A stretch of 64,000 bases of DNA. It comes from a virus. The position numbers and the translations under genes were made by a program. The number at the start of each line of letters is the position of its first letter. The first letter of the stretch is position 1. The notes under the pieces are model-generated. The model did not search any database. It saw only the letters and a list, made by a program, of their open reading frames with translations, and was not told the DNA's origin. The stretch spans positions 1 to 64,000 of IMG/VR virus record IMGVR_UViG_3300022689_000130. One strand, written 5' to 3'. Shown one piece after another: positions 47,896-57,017 of this stretch.

Positions 47896-48983
47896 TACAA
47901 GAATCCTACCGGCATAGGACGTCTTAGATCGGTATCGTCAAAGCTGTCTTTTAAATCATCAAATGCATCCGGATCATAACGTGCTACCTGCATAGCCATT
48001 CGGACTGCTAACAGAGTCGACATAACCAAATCGTCCGTTTCTCCTTCTTTAGCCTTATAGCTATTTCCTTGAGCGACGAATGTTTTAAGTTCACGGGTAA
48101 GATTTTTACTGCGAATTTTCATAGTTCCTTCTTCAACCCATCGTTTTAGTTTTGAGCAGGCAGCAAGCTTTGTTGAATGCGTTGTGTTAAATCCTTTGCG
48201 GAAGCGTCTTACATTACCACGACGTCTTGGTTCGCTAAGAAAGATACCTGGCAAGTTCTCTTCACCCATTTCATCAATAGAAACCAAAGCTGCTTCTCCC
48301 AATGTATTATTTTCTACCGAGTAATAAATTTCACTATTTGGTGCTGCCTCTTCGATTTCTTCCAGTATACTTTTCAAAATTTTAATTTGTCCTTGAATCG
48401 GCGTCTTGTTATGCTGCCACTCACCAATCTGACGCATACTGGGCAGAGCAAAAATTTCGATTGCGGCCGGGTCGCCTCCTGTTCCTAAACTAGGATCAAG
48501 TGCTACCAAATAAGTTTGGTTATCCTGTAGTGTATCATACCATCTAATCTGTCCGGAGCGCCGCATTGGTTCCATTCCCAAATCCATTTCAGAAAGAAAA
48601 ATTGGATTAATAAGCGTTTCATCGAATGCAATGAACTCACAGTTCGAAACAAGAATGTCGTTTCCATAAAATCGATTGCCGTCATCTACTCCAATTAAGT
48701 CGTATACCGGTTCAATTCTTCCTGTATAATCTGCAGATGTAACAGTAAGAGGTTCGCCTAATGCTGAAACTTGATCACCAACAACAAACGTGTCTGCAAA
48801 GCGTTTATTACCATCTACGTCGTAGATTCCATGATTGTCTGTGCATTCAATAAAAGTTCCATTATCAAATTCAATTCGATATATAGGCCGATCACCCATA
48901 GATGCAACACCTTTAAAGTGTTGATATCCATTAGGCGTTAATACTTTTAAATTTTTCTTGTTCTCTTTGAAAATCTGCGTCAT
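47895..48983 (-). CDS. Terminase large subunit C-terminal half preceded by 114-aa split intein C fragment
   Basis: IntC MTQIFK...CTDNH...VYDL...ILVSN then extein CEFIAFD; nuclease motifs LDPSLGTGGD, VENN, TDDLVM. Confidence 0.92.
   Translation of the reverse strand: MTQIFKENKKNLKVLTPNGYQHFKGVASMGDRPIYRIEFDNGTFIECTDNHGIYDVDGNKRFADTFVVGDQVSALGEPLTVTSADYTGRIEPVYDLIGVDDGNRFYGNDILVSNCEFIAFDETLINPIFLSEMDLGMEPMRRSGQIRWYDTLQDNQTYLVALDPSLGTGGDPAAIEIFALPSMRQIGEWQHNKTPIQGQIKILKSILEEIEEAAPNSEIYYSVENNTLGEAALVSIDEMGEENLPGIFLSEPRRRGNVRRFRKGFNTTHSTKLAACSKLKRWVEEGTMKIRSKNLTRELKTFVAQGNSYKAKEGETDDLVMSTLLAVRMAMQVARYDPDAFDDLKDSFDDTDLRRPMPVGFL
48642..48983 (-). mobile_element. Split intein C fragment (114 aa)
   Basis: Block B TxxH (TDNH), block F VYDL, terminal SN followed by +1 Cys. 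Confidence 0.9.
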
Positions 48984-50010
48984 CTTCTAGTATCCTATAC
49001 GTATATTTATTTTCAAAGAGCCATAATTGAAATCTATAACCTTGATCAATTACTGCATCGCGCTTGCGAAAATTATTGGTTAGTCTTGATTCATATCTCG
49101 GATCTAAGTTGCCATTCCACCACCATACACTTTTCACTTCAATGATTAAGTTTTCAGTTGGAATATAGATGTCTGGGTAATATTTCCATTTGTGTTGATT
49201 GACATTAATATATTCAAATAATGGTAAATTATATTTTGTTTTTCTTTGTCGATTATCAATAATCAATTCATCTTCATTATATTTTTTTAATAATTCATCT
49301 AATACTAGATTTTCATATCCACGAATACCAATTACTTTTCCAGATGGCAGTATGTAATCGCGTCCTTCATTATTTTTCTTTGCTGCTAATTTCTGAGTTT
49401 CTTTGTTAAATGTATTTTCAACTCCATATCGTTTAAAAGTTGTTTTGCGGCGCTTATCATTTATTTCATTCTGCTCTTGAATTGATTTGTTTCGATTCTT
49501 TTCTGCAGATTTTTCCCAACCTGCATAATATTCATTACCATATTTTGCTAATTTCGTTTGTCGCGACTTTTCTTTGTATTCACTTGACTGTGTCGCCCAG
49601 GGCACCCCATATTTTTCTTGAAAAGTTTTTGATGCTTTTTTCTTTTGCCGTTCAATTTGTTCTGGTGTTCGTTTAGCTGCGGCTTTGATCTTATTGATAC
49701 TGTCTTGTTGGCGTTGTTCGTCTGTCCAACCTTGCTTTGTAGCAGCTACAGAAGTGCCTACACATTTGGGATCACCACAGCTATTAGCATATGATTCACT
49801 TTTTTGATAAAATGTCAGAGGCTTCAAACATGAACACAGAGGAGTGATTTGTTTTTCATATATCTCATAATAGTCTTTATATGTGAGATCATGTTTGCGT
49901 AGATGTCTAGTAAATTGTCCGTTTGTTTTGCAGTATGATTGATTGTCAATTTTGCTTGTAATATAGATTGTTTGTTTCATAGTGCTTTCATTTAAATGTT
50001 TCTTCTCCAA
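48931..50010 (-). mobile_element. Free-standing homing endonuclease between terminase halves
   Basis: AT-rich; KYG/RYG repeats, CxC...CxxxxC, YYPDIY...IIEVKS PD-(D/E)xK core. Confidence 0.85.
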
Positions 50011-50916
50011 CTATTTATCTATTGTTTCAAACAAATCTCCAATTTCTATTTCATATTCTGTATTTCCGTCACTTATTTTCAAAAGTGTTGCGCTGTTACA
50101 ACACTCGTGCTCACGGCGAAATCTCTCGTCACCAATTTTAGCACGTTCGTTATCAGCCCATTCTTGGTCGCGCTCTGGATGTTGATCCCATTTGACCAAA
50201 TATGGACGAAATCCATTGATGCCTAGTTCTGTTTCATTTCCAAATTCATCAACATTCTTGTTAGCCTGCTTCCAAATCTGAGCAAATTGGTCGTCATCTT
50301 GGTTTGGGGTTGAAGTGATAATACATTTACCACCAGTTGATAATGTTGGTGAAATAGAAGTCCAAAATTCTTGTGCGACACGAGGCGGCACAAATGCAAA
50401 TTCGTCCAAGTAAACTAGTGAAAGCGACAAACCACGGCCAGTATTTTCGGTTGTGGCTTGTGCAACAATTTTGCTGCCGTTATCGAACTCGATGGAGCCT
50501 TTGTTATATGCTGTCACGCCCGCCCTGACATAGTCAGGACAACTCTCATACATATAACGCAGGCGTGTCATGATTTCCTGCGCGCCCTCACGCTTGTGTG
50601 CTGCTACAAGAATTGTGCTGTCTGGCTTGAACATCGCAAACCATAATAGATATGCTGCCGCGCAAGTTGACTTACCTGTCTGACGACTAAGCAAACTGAT
50701 TGAGTATCGATAATCGTTGTAGCTGTTGATCAAGCCTTCTTGATAGTCGAACAGCTTAAAAGGCATGCGACCTTTGGTAGGGTGCTGAATAAAACAGTGG
50801 TTACGGATAAAATGCAGTGGATTAATTGTACAGAGCGCTAACTCCTGCAACTCCGTCTGTGACATCTTTTCCGTTGTATACGGGCGTTTGACTAAGTCTG
50901 TGTTTACAGTATTCAC
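50011..50916 (-). CDS. Terminase large subunit N-terminal ATPase half ending in a 30-aa split intein N fragment
   Basis: LFDYQ, SRQTGKS, YLDEFAF, ITSTPN; ends FRREHE then CCNSATLLKISDGNTEYEIEIGDLFETIDK. Confidence 0.93.
   Translation of the reverse strand: MNTVNTDLVKRPYTTEKMSQTELQELALCTINPLHFIRNHCFIQHPTKGRMPFKLFDYQEGLINSYNDYRYSISLLSRQTGKSTCAAAYLLWFAMFKPDSTILVAAHKREGAQEIMTRLRYMYESCPDYVRAGVTAYNKGSIEFDNGSKIVAQATTENTGRGLSLSLVYLDEFAFVPPRVAQEFWTSISPTLSTGGKCIITSTPNQDDDQFAQIWKQANKNVDEFGNETELGINGFRPYLVKWDQHPERDQEWADNERAKIGDERFRREHECCNSATLLKISDGNTEYEIEIGDLFETIDK
50014..50103 (-). mobile_element. Split intein N fragment (30 aa)
   Basis: Block A C-x4-T and I.I.DL motif. Confidence 0.88.
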
Positions 50917-50919
50917 ACC

Positions 50920-51459
50920 TTACTCCTGAGGAAGGTGGACCCTCGCATAATAGTCTGCTTCTTCAAGAGCACGATAAAGATCTTCAAGTGCCTTGCGGAC
51001 TTCATGCAAGCCTGATGGATCTCCACCAATTGACTTGATTGACTTCTCCATAAACCCACCACGCTTGTAGGTATTTTCTAGACGCTCAACCAATTCCATG
51101 TGCTTACCCATATGCTGTTGAATGCCTTCGCCAGTAGCTTCATTTACACGGTTTTCTGGAAATGCCTCTGATACTTTGTGTTGTGGATCATGACGATCTT
51201 CCATACCTGGCTTAAATTCAAATTCATCACCATCGTCACCTACTGCATACCAAGCACCTTCAGTCCAATCACCACTGTCAGTTAGTGGTTTTCCTTCTTC
51301 CCATTCAAGATTCCAACCAAGGCCACGATAGGTAATACTGTCACCTTCAGTGTAAGTGCCATCTGTCCATTTATCATCAACCATTTGTGCTCGAGACATT
51401 TTTTCACAGATTGCTACTCGAGGCAATCCAGCTAGTTCACGTAGACGACGACTTGACAT
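50920..51459 (-). CDS. Protein with RLxxLAG leader (putative internal head protein)
   Basis: Starts MSSRRLRELAG; internal ICE, VSE, VNE sites. Confidence 0.7.
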   Translation of the reverse strand: MSSRRLRELAGLPRVAICEKMSRAQMVDDKWTDGTYTEGDSITYRGLGWNLEWEEGKPLTDSGDWTEGAWYAVGDDGDEFEFKPGMEDRHDPQHKVSEAFPENRVNEATGEGIQQHMGKHMELVERLENTYKRGGFMEKSIKSIGGDPSGLHEVRKALEDLYRALEEADYYARVHLPQE

Positions 51460-52154
51460 TATTTCTTCCCCTTGAAGTTTTTGTATTCACGGAGCATACT
51501 TTCTTCAGTGTGGTCTTCTTCGATTTTTACTGGCATCGCGTCCGCATCCAAATAACGACGAAGGCTGAGATCTACTGTTTCACCGTCTGGCTGCTCTTGA
51601 TAGTGTCCACGATCATCATATTGCTTATAGATCGAATTGGCCCACTCACGCATTGTCTGTGCTTCAGTATTGCTTGCTTCGTCTGCCTTTTCTTTGTCCT
51701 TAGCAGCTTTTTTCATGCTTTCTTTTTCATCACCATCGCCATCAATGTCAGCAAAATCCGGTTTGCTTTCTTCAAGACTTTGTTCGCTTATCTGCATGAT
51801 CTCTGGCTTTGCATTTGCAGTTGGATCTTTGAACCGACTGAAAATTGCACGAGCAATTGCGCGAGCTTCATTTTTTGAACTGGTAGTAACAATCAGCTCT
51901 TCATTAGCCCAACCAATATCATCATATTTAAATCCCTGGCTTGAAAGGTAATCATAAACCTTGTCACTCACGTCACGCAATGTGCGCATAGTGACTTTCC
52001 ATCCTTCGCTTTCAGTTAATGTGCGATTTGATTCCATAAGACTATTACGAATCTCATACATATTCTTTCGTGATTGGTCTGCAACATATTGCAGAGCAGG
52101 CGCATTACCTGCTAGCTGACGCAGTCTATCTAATGTATTCTTATCCATTGTCAT
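51459..52154 (-). CDS. Protein with RLxxLAG leader (putative prohead core protein)
   Basis: DRLRQLAG; LME/LTE/LEE sites; KPDFADIDGDGDEKESMKKA motif. Confidence 0.7.
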   Translation of the reverse strand: MTMDKNTLDRLRQLAGNAPALQYVADQSRKNMYEIRNSLMESNRTLTESEGWKVTMRTLRDVSDKVYDYLSSQGFKYDDIGWANEELIVTTSSKNEARAIARAIFSRFKDPTANAKPEIMQISEQSLEESKPDFADIDGDGDEKESMKKAAKDKEKADEASNTEAQTMREWANSIYKQYDDRGHYQEQPDGETVDLSLRRYLDADAMPVKIEEDHTEESMLREYKNFKGKK

Positions 52155-52662
52155 CTACCTTTTTCAAGTGCTCTGCACGCTCTTTGGAAATTCCCTTAAG
52201 GAATGAATCCTTGAACTTTTCACCATAATAGTCATCAACGTTTGGCTGATCTACTTCACTATAGTCAGCATCTATTAAGCGCGGTTTGTAATTTTCTTCT
52301 GGCATCTCTTCAGCTTCAGCTTCATCCTCGATGTGTAGAGGCTCTAGCTTGTTGCGAACGATTAGAAAACGTTCGTGAATGCCCATTTTTTGTGATAGTT
52401 CTGCTAGCAACTGTAGTGGGCTGGCTGGCTGGCGTGTCTTGAAGTCAATCATGTAAACCTCTGCTGCACCAATGCTGCGGAAGTCACGTGGGTTGCGCTG
52501 GATGATTGTCTTTTTTGGCGTTGTGATATCAAAGCCGTCATATTTTCTTAGGTGCAACTCCATAGCGTCGAGCTGCTCATCAGTTGGCTCCATTGCAATC
52601 TTTACACGAAACTCGTGGATTGCTTCATTTTCTGCCAAATATTGCCCTAGATTCTTCGTCAT
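52141..52662 (-). CDS. Hypothetical late protein
   Basis: QYLAE, FRVKIA, P.KT.IQ..P.DF. Confidence 0.75.
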   Translation of the reverse strand: MTKNLGQYLAENEAIHEFRVKIAMEPTDEQLDAMELHLRKYDGFDITTPKKTIIQRNPRDFRSIGAAEVYMIDFKTRQPASPLQLLAELSQKMGIHERFLIVRNKLEPLHIEDEAEAEEMPEENYKPRLIDADYSEVDQPNVDDYYGEKFKDSFLKGISKERAEHLKKVDDNG

Positions 52663-52686
52663 AGGAGTCTCCTGCTTGCTATGTAT

Positions 52687-53211
52687 TTATGAGTTATTGT
52701 CTTTTTTTATGCCGGCAATAATGTCGTTGAGTACATCGTTACGTGTGGCAATAATACGGCCTTCTGTTTCTAACGTGTCTTCGTTTGGTTTTTTAAGGTG
52801 GCGGCGCTTGAGATATTCTAGCTTCTCTTGTTCGTGTTCAAGCTTTGCTTTTTGTATTTGCAGCTTGACCATTTCTAGCTTCTTTTGGGCTTTGTTGGTT
52901 TTAGCGTTAAGAGCATTACTCATCATACTGCTCGCTGCATTGGCGATGTCTGCTGCATGGCGATCTTCAACATTTTTGCTCAGTTCAAATAGATCATCAA
53001 ATGCCTCGATTGCTTTGTCAGCATAATTGTCATAATCAGAATCGATGCGGTCTAGGCCGCTCACTTCTGGTAGAGCAGCATCGATTTTGTCTGCTCGTTC
53101 CATAAGATGGCGCATGTCTTCTGCTGTATATTCTTCTACTTCATTTACCTCTTCGGCTTTTGGCAGATCCATTGAAGGTAAATTAAACGTCTCGCACAAT
53201 TTCTTCGTCAT
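52687..53211 (-). CDS. Helical protein, possible terminase small subunit
   Basis: Size, helical composition and position upstream of terminase large subunit. Confidence 0.4.
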   Translation of the reverse strand: MTKKLCETFNLPSMDLPKAEEVNEVEEYTAEDMRHLMERADKIDAALPEVSGLDRIDSDYDNYADKAIEAFDDLFELSKNVEDRHAADIANAASSMMSNALNAKTNKAQKKLEMVKLQIQKAKLEHEQEKLEYLKRRHLKKPNEDTLETEGRIIATRNDVLNDIIAGIKKDNNS

Positions 53212-53315
53212 TAAGCATCGCCTTTATCGAACCATTTTCTCCTGCCATTTACAAGACGAGAACCATAATAGTGACGCTCAGTAAGAATGTGGTAAAGGTG
53301 ATAGGTATATGGCAT
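53211..53315 (-). pseudogene. Internally deleted GIY-YIG homing endonuclease remnant (34 aa, not in ORF track)
   Basis: MPYTYHLYHILTERHYYGSR-LVNGRRKWFDKGDA; N-terminus matches PYTY...YYGVR of 13509..14153. Confidence 0.65.
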
Positions 53316-53350
53316 ATGCTTATTTATGACTTCAAGTTTAATAGTCATAG

Positions 53351-53731
53351 TCATTGTGGATCCCAAGAACGAGTGTTAATCACAACCAATTTGATACCAA
53401 ATGATTCAAAATTTAATCCATTGCCAAAGTCCAGTTCGTCCTCGTTGCGCGCTAACAACACACATACTGGTATTTTACCGCTTTCTTGCGCATAAACAAG
53501 GCTCTGTCCGATACACTCGTATGATTTCATTCGTGTAGCCCAGTCAAACTCGATAATTACAAATTCTGTTTGACAATCTGGACGCAAACCTGATGGTAAC
53601 TGTTCCTCATATCCATTGTATCGTTCAGCACAGATGCGATCTGAGTAATAGCTCTCACGTTCTGCTGCAAAACTTGCTACGGCTGCTAACATTCCCAATG
53701 CTAATGAAGCAAAAAAGATCACGGTTTTCAT
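53351..53731 (-). CDS. Signal-peptide protein with PD-(D/E)xK-like fold
   Basis: Signal peptide ending SFA-A; LPSGLRPDC...IIEFDW...IGQSLVYA. Confidence 0.55.
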   Translation of the reverse strand: MKTVIFFASLALGMLAAVASFAAERESYYSDRICAERYNGYEEQLPSGLRPDCQTEFVIIEFDWATRMKSYECIGQSLVYAQESGKIPVCVLLARNEDELDFGNGLNFESFGIKLVVINTRSWDPQ

Positions 53732-53952
53732 ATTCTACTCACCCTATAATTTCCTCGTATATCGCTATGCCAAAATTTACCTTTACTTGGCGCCTGTAAC
53801 CATTGGCGGAATATACCTTCTGGCAACCCAAGTATACGATAACGGCGGCCGTTATTCAGTGTCATAAATGTAACATTGTGGTCACGGTCTAAGTCTGCAA
53901 TCCAGCTAGACATGACTCCAACTTCGTCTAGCTGTAATTCGTCGATTTTCAT
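53728..53952 (-). CDS. KTSC domain protein with N-terminal tag
   Basis: SSWI, NGRRY, APSKGKFW..IRG.Y; starts MKIDELQLDE. Confidence 0.85.
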   Translation of the reverse strand: MKIDELQLDEVGVMSSWIADLDRDHNVTFMTLNNGRRYRILGLPEGIFRQWLQAPSKGKFWHSDIRGNYRVSRI

Positions 53953-54416
53953 TTCGTTCTCTTCACTTTACGTGGTCGACGGCTTGTCGGCTTTTGTGGT
54001 CGGTTGAAAATTTCGTTCTCTGTGATAATACGGAACCCTATACCTTGCTGTCTTGCCCATTGCTGAGCATAATCCCACTTGGACTTATTGATTACTGCCA
54101 TCGCTTTATCATATTGTCCTTTTGCATTTCCTATTATTTGAGTGCTCGGCTTGATTTCGACAATCTCGGCATGTTTTTTGCCTTCTTTGTCTACATAGAT
54201 GACAAAGAAGTCTGGCACGTATGTTGAACGCTTGCCTGTAATTGGATGAATGTATGGAATACGGTGGCTTTCGCTAGCCCAGGCTAGCACATTGGGATGG
54301 TTATCACACATTCTACAAAAGCTCAATTCCCATCCACTGCGATAATGCGGAATATGCTTACCAATGTATTTTTCTCGGTTTTTAGGTTGGTATTTGCCCT
54401 GCTGGTATGTTGCCAT
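53949..54416 (-). CDS. Head completion nuclease (T4 gp4-like, TnsA-like)
   Basis: GKY.PKN.EKY.G, YRSGWE, WASE, YVPDF, VEIKP, KW..A, FRIITE. Confidence 0.9.
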   Translation of the reverse strand: MATYQQGKYQPKNREKYIGKHIPHYRSGWELSFCRMCDNHPNVLAWASESHRIPYIHPITGKRSTYVPDFFVIYVDKEGKKHAEIVEIKPSTQIIGNAKGQYDKAMAVINKSKWDYAQQWARQQGIGFRIITENEIFNRPQKPTSRRPRKVKRTK

Positions 54417-54427
54417 ACCGATATTTA

Positions 54428-55078
54428 TTAGTCACGCCAAGGAAGAGGTGGACCATTTGAAGCCCGCTCAATGCCATCTTCTGACGGTGCAGGAATTGCA
54501 TCTAGTCGAATGCTTTCAGGCTGGAATGTAATTGACCATTCAACAGGATTGCTGTCGCTGTAAGCTAAAGTATCTCCTTGAATACTGGTGATAATCGGAT
54601 TGATTAACTGTGTGCTACGAACCGTTCCGTTGTAGTAACCAGCTTGTTCAATAATGATCTGACGGAAGAAGTAACGTCCTGCATTAAGAGTAAACCCTAA
54701 ATCTGTTTCAAAGTTTATGTTTACAGTGCTGTCACCTTCTAATCCCCGCGGGTTCAATACACCACGGCCATCATTGTAGTAAAACGCCAGGTAATTTTGC
54801 ATCAAATTGAACCAAGCATTGTCGTGTGTATCAATGAATACAACTGTAACTGGTTCATAAATGAGCCGAGTTTGCACATAACGCTTTTTGTTATATTGGT
54901 TCATTATTGAACCTTCAACTGAAAAACTTGCGGTAGTTGCACTTCTCACAGTGTTAAAGTATTGCGGCTGTTCTTCTGTCGGATAGACACTCAATGTAAA
55001 ATTGAAGCGTTGTCTCGGGGCGAGGGCGCCGCCACCGCCCGATCCATATACTTCATGTCCAAAGTTTACAATCCCCAT
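54428..55078 (-). CDS. Tail tube-like baseplate protein (gp54/gp48-like)
   Basis: NQYNKKR, YEPVTV.F.D, L.NPIIT, L.YSDS, ITFQPE parallel the adjacent tube protein. Confidence 0.65.
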   Translation of the reverse strand: MGIVNFGHEVYGSGGGGALAPRQRFNFTLSVYPTEEQPQYFNTVRSATTASFSVEGSIMNQYNKKRYVQTRLIYEPVTVVFIDTHDNAWFNLMQNYLAFYYNDGRGVLNPRGLEGDSTVNINFETDLGFTLNAGRYFFRQIIIEQAGYYNGTVRSTQLINPIITSIQGDTLAYSDSNPVEWSITFQPESIRLDAIPAPSEDGIERASNGPPLPWRD

Positions 55079-55111
55079 TATTTTCCTAACCCATATCCAT
55101 TCTTTATTCGA

Positions 55112-55154
55112 AAAGTTAGCTGAAGTCGGCAGTTAAATTACTTCAGCTAACTTT
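55112..55154. terminator. 15-bp hairpin after tail tube gene
   Basis: AAAGTTAGCTGAAGT ... ACTTCAGCTAACTTT. Confidence 0.7.
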
Positions 55155-55162
55155 CAACAAAA

Positions 55163-55768
55163 TTATTCTGTTGCGTTAGATTGCGTGTTTGGATCAACTT
55201 GATAACTTGGACCACTGAGGTTATCAATATTGTTGACTACATGCTGGGCGTTATCGTAACGAACCTGGATGCTAATAGTTTGATATTCACCACCGCTAGC
55301 ATAGTTGGTTTCGTTGTAGGTCAAGTTTGAAATATAACAACCGCTCAGGCGCCATACATCAAGAACACGCGGATCAGGATTGCCGCCGTTGAGGTTTTCA
55401 ATGTCCATTTGAAATTTGTAGCTTACACCGCTGCGAGGTGAGCTTTGGTTAGCCATATCAATTTGCTTTGCAACCTGCTGGTCAAGTAGTGTGCTTGTTC
55501 GTGAATTGATATCATCACGTAGCTCTACGGTAATTGGTTCCCAAGAATGCTTGCCAGCCAAATAAATTCGTGAGTTATATGTATCCACTGTAACTTCTTC
55601 ATGGGTAAGATTTGGACGTGTAACACTGACAACGTTATTTGTTACAACTTTAGTATCCTCAGCACCCAGGTTAATGAAGTTGACGCGAAAGCGAAACTGT
55701 AGCTTGGGCATCAAAGTGCCCTGGCTTTCGCCTTCCACTGGAACACTTAATCTATCAAGAACTGCCAT
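55163..55768 (-). CDS. Tail tube protein (gp19-like)
   Basis: PKLQFRFRV, RP.L, YLAGK.SWEPIT, YKF, W.L.GC, I...RYD. Confidence 0.85.
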   Translation of the reverse strand: MAVLDRLSVPVEGESQGTLMPKLQFRFRVNFINLGAEDTKVVTNNVVSVTRPNLTHEEVTVDTYNSRIYLAGKHSWEPITVELRDDINSRTSTLLDQQVAKQIDMANQSSPRSGVSYKFQMDIENLNGGNPDPRVLDVWRLSGCYISNLTYNETNYASGGEYQTISIQVRYDNAQHVVNNIDNLSGPSYQVDPNTQSNATE

Positions 55769-55883
55769 TCGTTTATCTCCTTATGTGCGATCTCTGCTTA
55801 AAGTATTTATCATTTAGAAATTTTTTTCTTGACTGCTAGAAGGTTGTATTGTATGTTATAGTCGCTATCAAAGGAGATATGAA

Positions 55884-55967
55884 ATGCTAAATCAAGAAAA
55901 CCTTGTCATCATGGTGACTTTGCAGCTTGTTGACTTTGTCAACCTCTACGGTGCTGTATTTTTCTAA
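55884..55967 (+). CDS. 27-aa hydrophobic peptide (not in ORF track)
   Basis: MLNQENLVIMVTLQLVDFVNLYGAVFF; AAAGGAGA SD; TTGACT(55829)-N17-TATGTT promoter. Confidence 0.55.
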   Translation: MLNQENLVIMVTLQLVDFVNLYGAVFF

Positions 55968-55971
55968 GCGC

Positions 55972-56400
55972 CTATGGCTTGAGAAGATTTTGATTAGGGA
56001 CAGTGATCGGCGCTAATTGGTCGCCGTCGCTACGTTCGCCAAAAATCATAATTTGGCCTGGTCTTCCGTCCATAACACCCAGCCGTTGTTCTTCCAACTT
56101 GGCTGCTTCATCTCGATCATAGTCGTAAATATAGATACGGTTTCCTTTTTCACTCGTTGTCCAAATGATAATTTTGGACTCTGGTGTAATCACGTGCCAC
56201 ACATAGCCATGTTCTCCCTCTGGCCGAGATGGTATTGGCGCGCCTAGCTGTTCTACATATACGTTGAACGCGAACATTCCTATTAAAAGAAAACCCAACA
56301 GAGCTGATAGTTTGACAATGTAGTGTGCACGACTCGCATACATCATAAAAGCTATAGTAAGTGCTGTAATAACGCCTGTTAGAATTAATGCTGTTACCAT
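55972..56400 (-). CDS. Two-TM membrane protein, third gene of motor-like module
   Basis: Two N-terminal hydrophobic helices, LG.P, soluble tail. Confidence 0.75.
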   Translation of the reverse strand: MVTALILTGVITALTIAFMMYASRAHYIVKLSALLGFLLIGMFAFNVYVEQLGAPIPSRPEGEHGYVWHVITPESKIIIWTTSEKGNRIYIYDYDRDEAAKLEEQRLGVMDGRPGQIMIFGERSDGDQLAPITVPNQNLLKP

Positions 56401-57017
56401 TCTTCTTCCTGTCCTGAAGGCAAGGTTGTTTCGTCAGCACCTAAAGTAACATGTGGTAATTGAATGTCGGTTCTCAAATCAACAACCTGTCCAGTTTCAT
56501 CTACAACGAATGAAACTACTGTAGTTTCTTGGTGTGGCTCTAAATTAACTTTACCAGAAAACAATGTGCTGTAAGGGTCTAGATGCGTGAGCAAGATCTC
56601 AACTTCTTCAGTTGGACCAAGTGAACTAAAATAGTGAACATTAACAAAATACTCGCCTGGTGGCAACACAGTGAAGCGAATATTTTCATAGTTGCGTTTA
56701 ATTGTCACAGGCTCATTGTTAATTTCGATAGTATCGTTCTGTGTGCCTCGATCGTCTCGTTCCAAAACAAAGTAGCTTCCATCTTTACGTCTAAAACCTA
56801 CCCAGTCGCCATCCTTACCACGAACCCAGAGATCAATATCCACACGGCTTTCTGAATCCCAAACCATTTCCACCATAAACTTGATTGGTGGATCTATTTT
56901 TCCACCCTGAGTAGGTGGATTAACCATAAGAAATGCAATGATGAACATTGTTGTGATGCCTAATAACAAATTAAACACAAGGTCCAGAAATGCTAATCTC
57001 ATCGGGCCACTGGTCAT
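56394..57017 (-). CDS. ExbD/TolR/MotB-like single-TM protein with beta-sandwich periplasmic domain
   Basis: AFLDLVFNLLLG with TM Asp; DIDLWV, RDDRG, NYENI, PGEYFVNVHY (YfaP/DUF2135-like). Confidence 0.7.
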   Translation of the reverse strand: MTSGPMRLAFLDLVFNLLLGITTMFIIAFLMVNPPTQGGKIDPPIKFMVEMVWDSESRVDIDLWVRGKDGDWVGFRRKDGSYFVLERDDRGTQNDTIEINNEPVTIKRNYENIRFTVLPPGEYFVNVHYFSSLGPTEEVEILLTHLDPYSTLFSGKVNLEPHQETTVVSFVVDETGQVVDLRTDIQLPHVTLGADETTLPSGQEEEW

